Below are positions 19,732 to 29,931 of a stretch of DNA of 64,000 nt, piece after piece. How positions within the stretch are numbered: the stretch's first letter is position 1; every line of letters begins with the position of its first letter. The DNA comes from a virus. Its lineage: Duplodnaviria > Caudoviricetes. A program made the translations under genes and the position numbers. Under the pieces are notes generated by a model, which did no database searches, was not told the origin of the DNA, and worked only from the letters and a program-made list of their open reading frames with translations. The stretch lies in IMG/VR virus record IMGVR_UViG_3300032050_000002; one strand, 5' to 3'.

Positions 19732-19753
19732 AAGGAGGCGAATGCCTCCTTTT
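19732..19753 (+). terminator. Intrinsic terminator
   Basis: AAGGAGGC-GAAT-GCCTCCTT plus T-run. Confidence 0.8.
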
Positions 19754-19768
19754 ATATATTTATACTAT

Positions 19769-20044
19769 ATGAAACACTTTTTAGAACATCATAGAGTAAA
19801 ACCAATAATGGTTGAGTTACCTAATAAACAAGGTGATAATATATTACCTGTTTATCTTTCAGATAAAAATGTTGTTGATGAGTTTAGTAACGAATATTAT
19901 TTGTCCGTTAAAATAAAAGATGCTGAGAAATTCAAAGACTATACCACTAAAATGTTAGAACATTACATTTACGAATACTTTAGATATTATTTAAAACTAT
20001 TTTCAGTTGAAGGTGACTTGTATTTAAGATTTGAATATTTATAG
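19769..20044 (+). CDS. Hypothetical protein
   Basis: ATATTTAT at 19756; start reassigned. Confidence 0.7.
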   Translation: MKHFLEHHRVKPIMVELPNKQGDNILPVYLSDKNVVDEFSNEYYLSVKIKDAEKFKDYTTKMLEHYIYEYFRYYLKLFSVEGDLYLRFEYL

Positions 20045-20054
20045 TTAAAAAACT

Positions 20055-20720
20055 ATGGGTCAGATAAAACATTACAACAACGGTAAATGGACAATATATA
20101 CTTCAGGAGAAGATTTATCAGGTTATACCGGAACAACTAACACATATTATATTGGTGTTAATAATACAGATGGGGATTATAGTAAAGTAAATCCTGATGG
20201 TGAATTAATTAATTTGGAAAAAGAATTTCAATATGAAATTGGTCAATATGTTGAGGATGAAGGTGGGGTAATATTTCATAGATTTATTGAAGGAAATGTT
20301 CAAAAGTATTTAGTAGTGGATATTCAAGATTTAGGGAATTATATTTGGAGTAATATTGATAGTGACTCTTGTAATGCAATAAGTTTGTGGCGGGGAGAGT
20401 TGAATACTGAATTTATGGTCGAACAATTAGGAGCTAATTCCGGTGCCGCTTTTGAGTGTATCGCATCAACCAATGGCGGAGTTAGTAATTGGTATTTACC
20501 ATCAATTCAAGAACTTAATAAATTGTGGAATAATATGTTTGAAGTATCCAAGGGTATTGAAATCGCAGGAGGTAATCAACTTAATCTTATATTTTATTGG
20601 AGTAGTACTGAAACTAGCTCAACAAACGCAAGAACTTATAATTTTTTTACAGGAATATCAAGCTCCGGTAATAAAAATGAAGATAATAAAGTAAGAGCAG
20701 TAAGAAAATTCTCAATATAA
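20055..20720 (+). CDS. DUF1566/Lcl (C-type lectin-like) domain protein
   Basis: WYLPSIQELNKLW, YWSSTE, VRAVRKF; N-terminal module shared with 21390. Confidence 0.75.
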   Translation: MGQIKHYNNGKWTIYTSGEDLSGYTGTTNTYYIGVNNTDGDYSKVNPDGELINLEKEFQYEIGQYVEDEGGVIFHRFIEGNVQKYLVVDIQDLGNYIWSNIDSDSCNAISLWRGELNTEFMVEQLGANSGAAFECIASTNGGVSNWYLPSIQELNKLWNNMFEVSKGIEIAGGNQLNLIFYWSSTETSSTNARTYNFFTGISSSGNKNEDNKVRAVRKFSI

Positions 20721-21364
20721 TGAAACTACTAACAATATTACTACTATCGACCATAACATTATTTGGTCAGGTATCGTTTAACGAACCAAAATCAGTTATT
20801 AAACATAATGAACTAACATTATATCTTGATTCAGATAACAATAGTTTTATATCAAAACACGAATTAAAATATAATAACTTTCTAAAGTTAGACTCTGATA
20901 GAGATGATAAATGGCATAGTGAAATAAAAGGCCCTTACTCTAAAGAACCATATCTATATTCAGGATATGATATGGGTCACTTAACGCCATCACATATTAC
21001 TTCTTACAATGATACATTAAATCACCATTCATTTAGTTTTTATAATCAAGCGCCACAACTGGCTGGATTTAATAGAGGTAAGTGGAAAAGATTGGAAATG
21101 TCCGTTGAAGACTCAATATCAAAATACAAATCGGATGTTATAATTATCACCGGCGTAATATATAATGAAACAAAGAAAGTTTATTTAGGTAAATCAAAAA
21201 TTAAAATACCTGAGATGTATTATAAGATTTTATACATTAAAACGAAAAAACCTATAACCTATATTTGGGTTGGCTCAAATAAAAACGGAGAAGTAATGAT
21301 TACAAATATAAAAGATTTGAACGGAGTTTTGGAACAAAATAAAAGTTCTATCAAATTTAAATAA
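20720..21364 (+). CDS. DNA/RNA non-specific endonuclease with signal peptide
   Basis: YDMGHLTP, NQAPQ..FNRGKWKRLE; hydrophobic N-terminus. Confidence 0.85.
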   Translation: MKLLTILLLSTITLFGQVSFNEPKSVIKHNELTLYLDSDNNSFISKHELKYNNFLKLDSDRDDKWHSEIKGPYSKEPYLYSGYDMGHLTPSHITSYNDTLNHHSFSFYNQAPQLAGFNRGKWKRLEMSVEDSISKYKSDVIIITGVIYNETKKVYLGKSKIKIPEMYYKILYIKTKKPITYIWVGSNKNGEVMITNIKDLNGVLEQNKSSIKFK

Positions 21365-21389
21365 TATCTGATATTTATAGTTAAAAACA

Positions 21390-23282
21390 ATGGGACAAAT
21401 TAAACATTACAACAACGGAAAATGGACAATATATACTTCAGGAGAAGGATTGTCAGGATATACAGGAGTAACAAATACTTATTATGTTGGTCCTGATTTA
21501 AATAATGATGGAAATTTAACCAAAGCAAATCCAGATGGAAGTTTGGTTAATTTGGAAATTAATTTAACGCTCAAAACTTGGTCAGAAATGTTGGCATTGT
21601 CAAATAATAATTCTTTAATTCAAGGACAACATTATTTGATTACTGATTTTCAGACAAACGCTATAATACTTAACACGGGTGAAGTTGAATACGGAAGTCC
21701 TTATGGAACTCTTTGGAACATTGACGGTTGGGCAGACCTTTCGGATTATACAACTAGGACTTATGTTGATTGGGCAACCGCAATAGGTTATGCACCGCCC
21801 GACTATGTGGGAACAGAAGCAATTATGTTTGATTTAATCAACAACAAGTATTACAAAATAATGTTTAGCCAATGGACGGGTGGCGGTGCGGGTGGCGGAT
21901 TTGCTTACACTAGAACAGAGATTTTATCACCCACTACTTTTGGCACTCCCGTAAATTTTACGCATACAAACTACGGGACAGAGGTTGATTACATTGATGA
22001 AGGTTTAGCGATAACAAGGGGTGTTAATAAAGGTATTTTTAATATAGCATACGAAAATTCTTATTCTGTTGGCGGTTACTTTTTGGGTGGAGAATATACA
22101 GTAGGCTCTGTTGAACCATTAATAGTTCAAGCAGTAAGTAATAATTCCATTTCAAACCAAGTCTTATCTACAATATATCCCGAAGATGAAATACTTTACG
22201 GGTTAAAAGATTTAATTCAAGGTGCTACAAAAGGAAGAATACAGTTTAGAAAAGATACTAAATTAGTTATTTCAACTTATTATGATTGGAGAGTTGTGAA
22301 ATTTAGGCGTTGGTTTGATACCGTAGTGAACGGATATATCTCTTTGGTTGATAATGGGCAAGTATTTGAGGATTATCTTACATTTCCAAATCAAAATGGA
22401 TTTACAACAGAAATACCCTTACTAAACAATGAAAACTATCCGCAATTAAACAATACAGTTTTTTTAGATTATTGTGCAAATAATTATATTAAAGTAGTTG
22501 ATTTCAGAGATAATACTTTTGATAATTTTTCTAGTAATTATATAATATCAAATTCTTTCTACGATAACTATGGCGGGATATTTATTCAAAATAAAATTTA
22601 TTCAACTTCATTCACGGAAAACAAAACAGTACAATGGGGTGTTGGAGATTTTTCCCTTAATCTAATTGTTGGTAATAGTTTTCAAAATAATTCATTTAAC
22701 CTATTTAGAGGGAATGAAATTAATTCAGAAGTCTTTGCTTTCACAAGTCCCATAGTTGGTGGTTCGGGAAATTTTTTAGAAAATAAATTAAATATAAAAT
22801 CTTGTCAAAACACAACTTACAGTTATTTTTCTAGGAATAATGTTTTTTCAAACGATTTTTCTTCAAATCAATTAAACGGGAGTTTTGTATTAAATAATAT
22901 AAATGCCGTTTTGTTTGTTTCTAATGTAATAAACGGGGGTTTTGATTACAATGATATTAGTGGTTCTGTTATTAACTTTAATTCAAATCAAATTTCGGGC
23001 GGTTTTTCTCAAAATAATATAAGTGCAAGTATATTAAATTGTATAATGATTTCGGGAAACTTTATAAATAATATAATTAATTCAACTATGCAATCTTGTA
23101 TTGTTCAAAACGGGTTCAGAGAAAATACAATAAACACTCCATTATTATCTTTGAATTTATCAACTCCCGCAAATTTGTATGAACCGGCTTACACTAAAAC
23201 GATATTTGCTAACAGAGACGGACAAGTATTTTTAACATATTTGAATAATACTAATACACCTGTTTATGTATCAGTACCATAA
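21390..23282 (+). CDS. Tail fibre/spike-like protein with beta-helix-like repeats
   Basis: 630 aa; N/F/I-rich periodic C-terminal half; shared N-terminal module. Confidence 0.55.
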   Translation: MGQIKHYNNGKWTIYTSGEGLSGYTGVTNTYYVGPDLNNDGNLTKANPDGSLVNLEINLTLKTWSEMLALSNNNSLIQGQHYLITDFQTNAIILNTGEVEYGSPYGTLWNIDGWADLSDYTTRTYVDWATAIGYAPPDYVGTEAIMFDLINNKYYKIMFSQWTGGGAGGGFAYTRTEILSPTTFGTPVNFTHTNYGTEVDYIDEGLAITRGVNKGIFNIAYENSYSVGGYFLGGEYTVGSVEPLIVQAVSNNSISNQVLSTIYPEDEILYGLKDLIQGATKGRIQFRKDTKLVISTYYDWRVVKFRRWFDTVVNGYISLVDNGQVFEDYLTFPNQNGFTTEIPLLNNENYPQLNNTVFLDYCANNYIKVVDFRDNTFDNFSSNYIISNSFYDNYGGIFIQNKIYSTSFTENKTVQWGVGDFSLNLIVGNSFQNNSFNLFRGNEINSEVFAFTSPIVGGSGNFLENKLNIKSCQNTTYSYFSRNNVFSNDFSSNQLNGSFVLNNINAVLFVSNVINGGFDYNDISGSVINFNSNQISGGFSQNNISASILNCIMISGNFINNIINSTMQSCIVQNGFRENTINTPLLSLNLSTPANLYEPAYTKTIFANRDGQVFLTYLNNTNTPVYVSVP

Positions 23283-23321
23283 TAGTAAGCAAATAAAAAA
23301 TTAAACAATTTTAAAAAAAAT

Positions 23322-23762
23322 ATGAACACAAAGCTTAAAAATAAATTATTGGAAGAGGTTAAAAGAAGAGGTTTAGTTGTTGAACAACAAACCAAGAATT
23401 CTGATTATGTAGAAATGATTTCATTATTGTTACATTCAAGAAATCAGATTCACGTATTACATTTACAAACAAAATCATATGCTGAGCACAAAGCATTAGA
23501 TGATTATTATAGTGGAATTGTTGACCTTATTGATGGTTTAGTTGAATCATACCAAGGAAAATACGAAATACTTAAAGGGTATAAATCTTATGATATTGAA
23601 GAATACAAAGGAACTGACTCAACAATTAAATACTTAAAAGACCTTTGCGATAAAGTTATGAAGTTAAAAAAATGTTGTGAAGATTCTTACATCCAAAATC
23701 AAATTGATGAGGTCTGTGAATTGATAAATTCTACCTTATACAAACTCAGATTTTTAAACTAA
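23322..23762 (+). CDS. Ferritin/Dps-like protein (DUF5856-like)
   Basis: HVLHLQTKSYAEHKALDDYY...DGLVESYQG...LYKLRFL. Confidence 0.65.
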   Translation: MNTKLKNKLLEEVKRRGLVVEQQTKNSDYVEMISLLLHSRNQIHVLHLQTKSYAEHKALDDYYSGIVDLIDGLVESYQGKYEILKGYKSYDIEEYKGTDSTIKYLKDLCDKVMKLKKCCEDSYIQNQIDEVCELINSTLYKLRFLN

Positions 23763-23771
23763 AAAAATTTT

Positions 23772-23800
23772 AAATCCCGGTAGAAATGTCGGGATTTTTT
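23772..23800 (+). terminator. Intrinsic terminator
   Basis: AAATCCCG...CGGGATTT plus T-run. Confidence 0.75.
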
Positions 23801-23816
23801 ATTTATACTTTCTCCT

Positions 23817-24164
23817 ATGAACATCAAAGTCCATCCAAAGAAAGTTAAGATACTGATGGACTTATTATATTCTGAATATCCTGTCATAAGAAATCACCCT
23901 GACTACAGAATATATTATATGTTTACTGATTACCCAGAAGTTAGTGAATATGTTTTTGTTGTTACAATACAATACCTAATTCACTCAGAATTTTCTGATA
24001 AAGTAAATGAAAGTCTTCGGGCATATAAAGATATGTTTTCATTAACAAACTGTTCAATACTAAGTGAATATGATTTTGAAATAATAATAAAAAATGAGGT
24101 GGCTCAATTACAGGACAAGTTAAGAGGTAGTAGTTTTAATATTGTTTTTTACGAAATTTGGTAG
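23817..24164 (+). CDS. Hypothetical protein
   Basis: ORF track. Confidence 0.65.
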   Translation: MNIKVHPKKVKILMDLLYSEYPVIRNHPDYRIYYMFTDYPEVSEYVFVVTIQYLIHSEFSDKVNESLRAYKDMFSLTNCSILSEYDFEIIIKNEVAQLQDKLRGSSFNIVFYEIW

Positions 24165-24208
24165 ATTCAAAATTAAATTGTATCTTTGTGGTGTTAAATA
24201 AGAACACT

Positions 24209-24652
24209 ATGAAGAAGAAAGAATTCCTATCTAAATACAAAAAAGTAATCAAAAAAATTGATAAAAAAATTGATAATGTTAATCGTGGTGGGTGTGGAAT
24301 ATATGCACTTGAATTAGGTAAACAACTAAAAAGACACGATATTAAATTCGAGTATGTTATGTTATTTACCCATTTAGGTAAAGAAGACAAACCTTATGTT
24401 AAAGACCTAATGAGAAACAATATGGTTAGAGATTTTAACTTTGACACTAATTGGACTCATATTGTAATTAAGGTGGGTAAAAAGTATATTGATGGAGAGG
24501 AAATTAGGGAATCTTTAACTGATGTAGGATTACCTATGAATGAGGAATTTTTAAATAATTTGGTTGACCATAAGGGTTACTGGAACGACACTTTCGACAG
24601 GAAACAAAGAACAAAAATCGAAAAAATATTGGAAAAAAATTTGGCAGATTGA
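24209..24652 (+). CDS. Hypothetical protein with GGCG...W.H motif
   Basis: Start reassigned after host-type promoter. Confidence 0.7.
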   Translation: MKKKEFLSKYKKVIKKIDKKIDNVNRGGCGIYALELGKQLKRHDIKFEYVMLFTHLGKEDKPYVKDLMRNNMVRDFNFDTNWTHIVIKVGKKYIDGEEIRESLTDVGLPMNEEFLNNLVDHKGYWNDTFDRKQRTKIEKILEKNLAD

Positions 24653-24681
24653 AAATAATTTTGTATCTTTGTATTATAATA

Positions 24682-25452
24682 ATGATAGATATGACAAATA
24701 CAACAACCACAACCACAACCACAACCAAAGTAATGAATTATCAAGGTAATAACTCTTTCGTGTTAAAAATGAAAGAATCCTTACAAAAATGGGGTAAATT
24801 AACCGAAAAACAATTAGAGGCGGTAGAGAAAGCTTTGGCAAGTAAACCAAAGGTAAATGTAGAAGAGTTACCTGAAAACTTAAAAACAATCGCACAATAC
24901 GAAGGAAGTAGTTCATTCGTAAATGATATTAAAAATAAGTTATTAACTTACGGGACTTTAACTGATAAACAGGTTGAAGCCGCAAACAAACAGATTCAAA
25001 AGGAGAAAGATAAACAAAAAACTGTAACATTCAAAAAACCTATCCCAACTATAGGTGAGACAATTAAAATCGGTCGCTCAATTGGAATTCAATTAAAAGA
25101 AACTTACGGGTTAAAATTCAACCCAATCCTTATCGACATTACAAAAGTATTGGCAATATCACCAAAGGCGGTTCAATTCTCAGGTAAACTTACTATCAAA
25201 CGTGGAGATGTGTGTACTTGTTGTTTAAGAACTTTAACAGATGAGTTCTCAATGCTAACAGGGATGGGTAAGACTTGTGCTAGCAAAGTAGGAGTAACCT
25301 ACATTACTGATAAAAGTCAGGCTGAGAAATTCCGTATGGAATACTTAAAAAGAGTGGAAGAAATTGGTGAAATGACCTTTTGGATTCCTAAATCTAAAAT
25401 AGTAAAGTGGGAAGGAACTATGGAAGTTTTATTAACACCGGGTATAATCTAA
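24682..25452 (+). CDS. Hypothetical protein with DUF6011-like zinc ribbon
   Basis: CTCCLRTLTDEFS..GMGKTC; duplicated N-terminal F...K..L..WG.LT.KQ unit; start uncertain (24682 or 24691). Confidence 0.55.
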   Translation: MIDMTNTTTTTTTTTKVMNYQGNNSFVLKMKESLQKWGKLTEKQLEAVEKALASKPKVNVEELPENLKTIAQYEGSSSFVNDIKNKLLTYGTLTDKQVEAANKQIQKEKDKQKTVTFKKPIPTIGETIKIGRSIGIQLKETYGLKFNPILIDITKVLAISPKAVQFSGKLTIKRGDVCTCCLRTLTDEFSMLTGMGKTCASKVGVTYITDKSQAEKFRMEYLKRVEEIGEMTFWIPKSKIVKWEGTMEVLLTPGII

Positions 25453-25468
25453 AAAAAAAAACAAATAT

Positions 25469-25675
25469 ATGCAAACATTAAAATTTAACACAACAAAAAG
25501 AACGGCAACATTATCTAGTATGAATGGTGATTATGTCGTAGCAACTTATGATAACGTACCGACAGTTAAAGTTTTGACCGGATATTACGAGGTTATGCAA
25601 ACAGTGGAGGATAATAGAGTAATTCCTATTTTAAGAGTACCAATAAGTAATACAAATATGTTTATTGAAAAGTAA
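25469..25675 (+). CDS. Hypothetical protein
   Basis: ORF track. Confidence 0.7.
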   Translation: MQTLKFNTTKRTATLSSMNGDYVVATYDNVPTVKVLTGYYEVMQTVEDNRVIPILRVPISNTNMFIEK

Positions 25676-25968
25676 TGGATAGAGAGAAACTTTTTTTAGA
25701 ACACATTGAAAAGTACTTAGATTACAAAAGTCAGGTAAATGAGATTTTTGTTGTGAATGATAGGGTCTTCGTGATTAAAAACGAAGACCACATTTACAAT
25801 TATACCAAATTACATAAAATTATTGATGAAATAAAAACAATAATGTTAATGTTTGGATATAGTGAGATTTATAAATGTGAGTATATTGGTGAGAATAGAA
25901 GTAAACTACCTAGTTGTGTCTTTACTTCAGGCTCAACTTATTCTTATGACATCATTAGATACGTTTAG
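25675..25968 (+). CDS. Hypothetical protein
   Basis: Coupled ORF. Confidence 0.65.
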   Translation: MDREKLFLEHIEKYLDYKSQVNEIFVVNDRVFVIKNEDHIYNYTKLHKIIDEIKTIMLMFGYSEIYKCEYIGENRSKLPSCVFTSGSTYSYDIIRYV

Positions 25969-26624
25969 AACTCGCAGTAAAACAATGTTGGGGTTGGCTC
26001 CCATTGAGATAATCTTTCATTAAAATTTAATTCAACTTTCATATCATCAGGAAAAAAAATAAACTCTCCATAAGAACCTTCATTAATTTCCCAACCACCA
26101 TAATAATCACCTAACTTTCTATATAAGAAATCTTCAACACCGGCTGGAATATTTTGACCTTCCCCAATGTAACCAGAATCACCAGAACCATCAAACCTAA
26201 CCTCATACGAGGTTTTTCCCCTACTTTTAAGTTCTTCCATAAATGAAATAACATCTTCAGTTAAATTATCTCCTTCAAACGAAGTACCTGAAGGGTTTTC
26301 GGCAAAAGATTCATAAAATCCAACAACTTTAAGTTTTCTTTCTTTACAATCAAAATTGAATTCTAATCGTTGTTGAACATCACAATCCTCAAACTTATCA
26401 TAATCAATAAAATTTGATTCTATGTATTCAATAACTTCCATTATTCTATCATACATAGGAATTTGCTGTCTATCATCTCTACCATAAGCCGATTTATCCC
26501 AATAATCAGGACTACAATTGTATAATTGCAAATCATAATCTACTTCATAAGACCCATATCCCATACAATAGTATACAAATAATTTTAATGTTTTTAATTG
26601 TTCTTGACTTAATTTTTGTTCCAT
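25965..26624 (-). CDS. DUF6878-like protein
   Basis: VRFDGSGDSGYI...GWEINEGSYGE. Confidence 0.6.
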   Translation of the reverse strand: MEQKLSQEQLKTLKLFVYYCMGYGSYEVDYDLQLYNCSPDYWDKSAYGRDDRQQIPMYDRIMEVIEYIESNFIDYDKFEDCDVQQRLEFNFDCKERKLKVVGFYESFAENPSGTSFEGDNLTEDVISFMEELKSRGKTSYEVRFDGSGDSGYIGEGQNIPAGVEDFLYRKLGDYYGGWEINEGSYGEFIFFPDDMKVELNFNERLSQWEPTPTLFYCEF

Positions 26625-26637
26625 ACAAATAAATATA

Positions 26638-26988
26638 TTAATCTAGATTTAAATCTAATGTTCTTAACATCCAAATTGGTTTTTCTTTTCCTTCTATTGC
26701 TTGAACCCATTCTCTTGCCGTTGGAATATAATTATAACAATCTTCTTTTATATGTTGTTCAGCGACGTAGCGAGTATAAACAACTTTATCATCACTGTTT
26801 GTAAACATAGGTCCGAATATCTTCTCACATTCAAATATACCTTCACTGTGATGTCTAAACATCCTGTGATTTGAATGACCGTACCACGACTTTGTAAAAT
26901 CAAACCAGTTATGAATATGAATGTAATCTTCCCACTTACCACCAAATTTCTTGGCGGATGACTTTGAATGTAAAATTGGGTGTGCCAT
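26638..26988 (-). CDS. DUF6915-like protein
   Basis: MAHPILHSKSSAKKFGG..IHNWFD..HR..RHHSEGIFE..EQH..ED. Confidence 0.7.
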   Translation of the reverse strand: MAHPILHSKSSAKKFGGKWEDYIHIHNWFDFTKSWYGHSNHRMFRHHSEGIFECEKIFGPMFTNSDDKVVYTRYVAEQHIKEDCYNYIPTAREWVQAIEGKEKPIWMLRTLDLNLD

Positions 26989-27044
26989 AAACGAAATATA
27001 AAATATTTTTTAGTATGATAAATATTTTTCGTATATTTATAATT

Positions 27045-27638
27045 ATGAAATTTATTATAACCGAAGACCAAAATGAAAATTTAAAAAAATATGACTTTTA
27101 TAAGAAAGGTTTTTTTAAGTATTGGGATAAGTTAGGTCCTGATGCAAGTAACAATGTTATGAAGTTTTTTAATACTGGCGATTTTAATTACGGTAAAATT
27201 AAAGGAGATTGGGGTCAAATAACTATGGGTGATGTCCAAGATTTTTTAAAAGAATGGTTGGGAGGTAAAGATAAAGCAATCTCAATTGCCGAAGAATTTA
27301 TATCAAGTAAAACTCATAAAATTGATGAATGTGGGGGATATAATTTTGAATTTGATGTTACCGAAGTTAACGCAGTTGAAGGTTTGAGTGCTCACGATTT
27401 AATTATAGATATTTATGTTCACGACACAAGAGGAACCGTTGCGTTAATTATGACTGACGGTGAAGTTCATAAATTGTCTGACGCAATTAAAAACGATGAA
27501 TATGGTTGGGAAATAATAAGTGAAATTCAAGAATGTGTTTGGGATTATTTTTATAGTAAGGTAACTGATAAAACTGGTGTTAGAGTCTATATTGGTGATG
27601 TTACCTATTATTCTGATGTAAACCCACAAAATAGATAA
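27045..27638 (+). CDS. ITE-leader hypothetical protein
   Basis: MKFIITEDQ; ATATTTAT upstream. Confidence 0.75.
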   Translation: MKFIITEDQNENLKKYDFYKKGFFKYWDKLGPDASNNVMKFFNTGDFNYGKIKGDWGQITMGDVQDFLKEWLGGKDKAISIAEEFISSKTHKIDECGGYNFEFDVTEVNAVEGLSAHDLIIDIYVHDTRGTVALIMTDGEVHKLSDAIKNDEYGWEIISEIQECVWDYFYSKVTDKTGVRVYIGDVTYYSDVNPQNR

Positions 27639-27639
27639 A

Positions 27640-28281
27640 ATGGATAAGGAAAGATATTTTAAAGTTTTTAGTAAAAGGTATAGTGAAGGTATTGATATAT
27701 TGGGTATCAAATTAATTCCTCTTGGTATTTCTGAAGAACTCAGGTTAAAGTTTAAATTGGAAAATCCAAACGATTTACCATATACAAAAAGTTCGCTAAT
27801 TGGATTTCTTAAACAAGAAATTGGTGAGTTTAATGAATTTTTAAATTTATATGACTACGTACCAACTCCGGTTATAGAATGTTTAGAGATTTATGTTAGT
27901 GATGAATTAAAAAGAAAAACTCAACAGGTTTTAAAAAAGAAAGATGAGATTAAAATTGAAGCTCACTTAGAAAAAGAATACATAGAAGAGATAACTCTAA
28001 AAGTAGAACACGTTAGTTTTAAATATAAACTTCATGAAACAAGAGACGGTAAAGAAGTTATGTTAATCAATTTTGTTAAACCAAAAAGTGGATACTTTAC
28101 TGAAACAAATGAAAGAGTTGCCTTAGATGACGCTATAGAGTATTACTTATATAATCAAAGACATAGTGGTAGATATCACGACTCAGATAATTATCCTGAA
28201 ATAGATATATTACTTTCAGAATACCCAACAATGGTCGATAGTGACTGGATGGTAAATTTTATGGTTACAGAATTTATTTAA
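27640..28281 (+). CDS. Hypothetical protein (paralog of 29932-30612)
   Basis: Shared GIKLIP...LENP.DL.Y.K. Confidence 0.7.
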   Translation: MDKERYFKVFSKRYSEGIDILGIKLIPLGISEELRLKFKLENPNDLPYTKSSLIGFLKQEIGEFNEFLNLYDYVPTPVIECLEIYVSDELKRKTQQVLKKKDEIKIEAHLEKEYIEEITLKVEHVSFKYKLHETRDGKEVMLINFVKPKSGYFTETNERVALDDAIEYYLYNQRHSGRYHDSDNYPEIDILLSEYPTMVDSDWMVNFMVTEFI

Positions 28282-28870
28282 TATCACTACTACCAATTAA
28301 AGTATAAGTAAATGAATTACCGTGAATGTCTCTTGATTTTCTACAAATTGACATAAACGATTCAAAATCTGCAGACTTTTTAAATACTTGACATCCCTCC
28401 GACCAATTCTCAACATAAGTTGAATCAACACCCGCTTTATGAATATTAATTCCATAAATACCTTCAGTTATTTTGGTCTCATCATATTTCATATCACGAT
28501 TAGCATCACGATACACCTTCACATTTTTTGCTTGACCTAAAGCCTCATATTTTCCTTGATGCAATCTTATTGTATGAGAACCTCTATATTGTCCCTCAAC
28601 TAAACGAGCAACCCCATCTTTATTATGATATTCCATAACACCTTTTTTACCTGGGTCAGTTGTTGCAGGCCAAATATGAAATTTCCATTGACCGTTTTCT
28701 TTATACGATATTGTTAGATAATCATCAAAAACATTAGTAACATTATTACCTGTGGAATCGTTCCTAATACCAACGATATTAACATCATAACCTTTATTAT
28801 CTTTATCTTCAAACCAAACATAACCTTTTGATTTTACAGCCTTTTCAATTTGTTCTCTTGTATAGTTCAT
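28274..28870 (-). CDS. Putative peptidoglycan hydrolase/lysin (YkuD-like His...SxGC)
   Basis: ATTDPG, GINIHKAG...NWSEGCQVF. Confidence 0.5.
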   Translation of the reverse strand: MNYTREQIEKAVKSKGYVWFEDKDNKGYDVNIVGIRNDSTGNNVTNVFDDYLTISYKENGQWKFHIWPATTDPGKKGVMEYHNKDGVARLVEGQYRGSHTIRLHQGKYEALGQAKNVKVYRDANRDMKYDETKITEGIYGINIHKAGVDSTYVENWSEGCQVFKKSADFESFMSICRKSRDIHGNSFTYTLIGSSDIK

Positions 28871-28909
28871 AGTATATTTTTTTTTATAAATATCTTATAT
28901 TTATGATAA

Positions 28910-29929
28910 ATGAGCGATAAAATATTACAGTACGTTGATATGATTAATAACGGTGAAATGGATGAATTATTACCGTATTTTAATAATGACATGGAACCGC
29001 TCATTAAACTAATTTCAAAGAAAGGCTTACTACATTTAATTGACCCATTCTCGGCGGATTTAGGTTCGCACCACAATAAATTGGTCTACGCAATTTTAAA
29101 TTCTGATAGTGAAGTAAGTGATAAATTATTTAAAAAGTTGGCAAATAGTTTGGGCGATATTGATGAGATAAATGGAGAATATTATCTTAATATACGTGAT
29201 TTAAAAGATTTGGCAGACCTATTTAGGACTTACAGTAGAGATGTATCACCAAGAGATATTGCGGAAAAAGTATTGAGTGATGATTATTGGGATGCGTTTT
29301 ACGATACAACGGATAATGTATATAGAGATGTTGTAGATGAATTAAACCCAAAAAATTTAGAATATTTAAAAGAATATATTTTAAAACAATTGGGAACTAA
29401 AGAAATAGAACTTGACGGTAGAAGTTCGGATTTGATGGAAGAACTTACTAGTGAACAAGGAAAAGAAACATCCTTTAATCTAACGCCACAAAACATAGAT
29501 AGAGTTGTTAAAGATGAATACACTATGGATTGGTTATTTAAAGATGAGTTAGACGACCTTAAATCCAATTTATATAGTATCCATTCAAATGCTTACAATA
29601 CCGCATATAACGATGAATATTATAGAAAAGTTTGGAATGAACTTGGGATGTATATAGAAAATAACCCTGATTGGTTTAAGTGGGGTGAAAAATATAGAGT
29701 TAGATTAAAACTTAAAAAAGGTATTTTATTTAATGTTATAAATAATTTTTTTGGTGAGTATAAAGATTATAATGATAGTTTTGACTATTACGGCTCATTT
29801 ATAAGTTTATTAGAACATCTAATGGATAGTAGTGATGATTACGAATACTTAGATTTTAGAATAATTGATTATCCGGACTATAGAGAGGTAGATAAGAATA
29901 TTAATGAAATTTTCGGAGAGTATATTTAA
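28910..29929 (+). CDS. Hypothetical protein
   Basis: 339 aa; ATATTTAT upstream. Confidence 0.75.
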   Translation: MSDKILQYVDMINNGEMDELLPYFNNDMEPLIKLISKKGLLHLIDPFSADLGSHHNKLVYAILNSDSEVSDKLFKKLANSLGDIDEINGEYYLNIRDLKDLADLFRTYSRDVSPRDIAEKVLSDDYWDAFYDTTDNVYRDVVDELNPKNLEYLKEYILKQLGTKEIELDGRSSDLMEELTSEQGKETSFNLTPQNIDRVVKDEYTMDWLFKDELDDLKSNLYSIHSNAYNTAYNDEYYRKVWNELGMYIENNPDWFKWGEKYRVRLKLKKGILFNVINNFFGEYKDYNDSFDYYGSFISLLEHLMDSSDDYEYLDFRIIDYPDYREVDKNINEIFGEYI

Positions 29930-29931
29930 GT

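Noticed and set aside
20055-20720. Diversity-generating retroelement target (DUF1566 CLec fold)
   Set aside because: No reverse transcriptase or template repeat seen in the window.
24700-24727. (ACAACC)n microsatellite as a phase-variation switch
   Set aside because: The hexamer unit keeps the frame and just encodes a Thr linker; the antisense poly-Val and (LW)n ORFs are artefacts.
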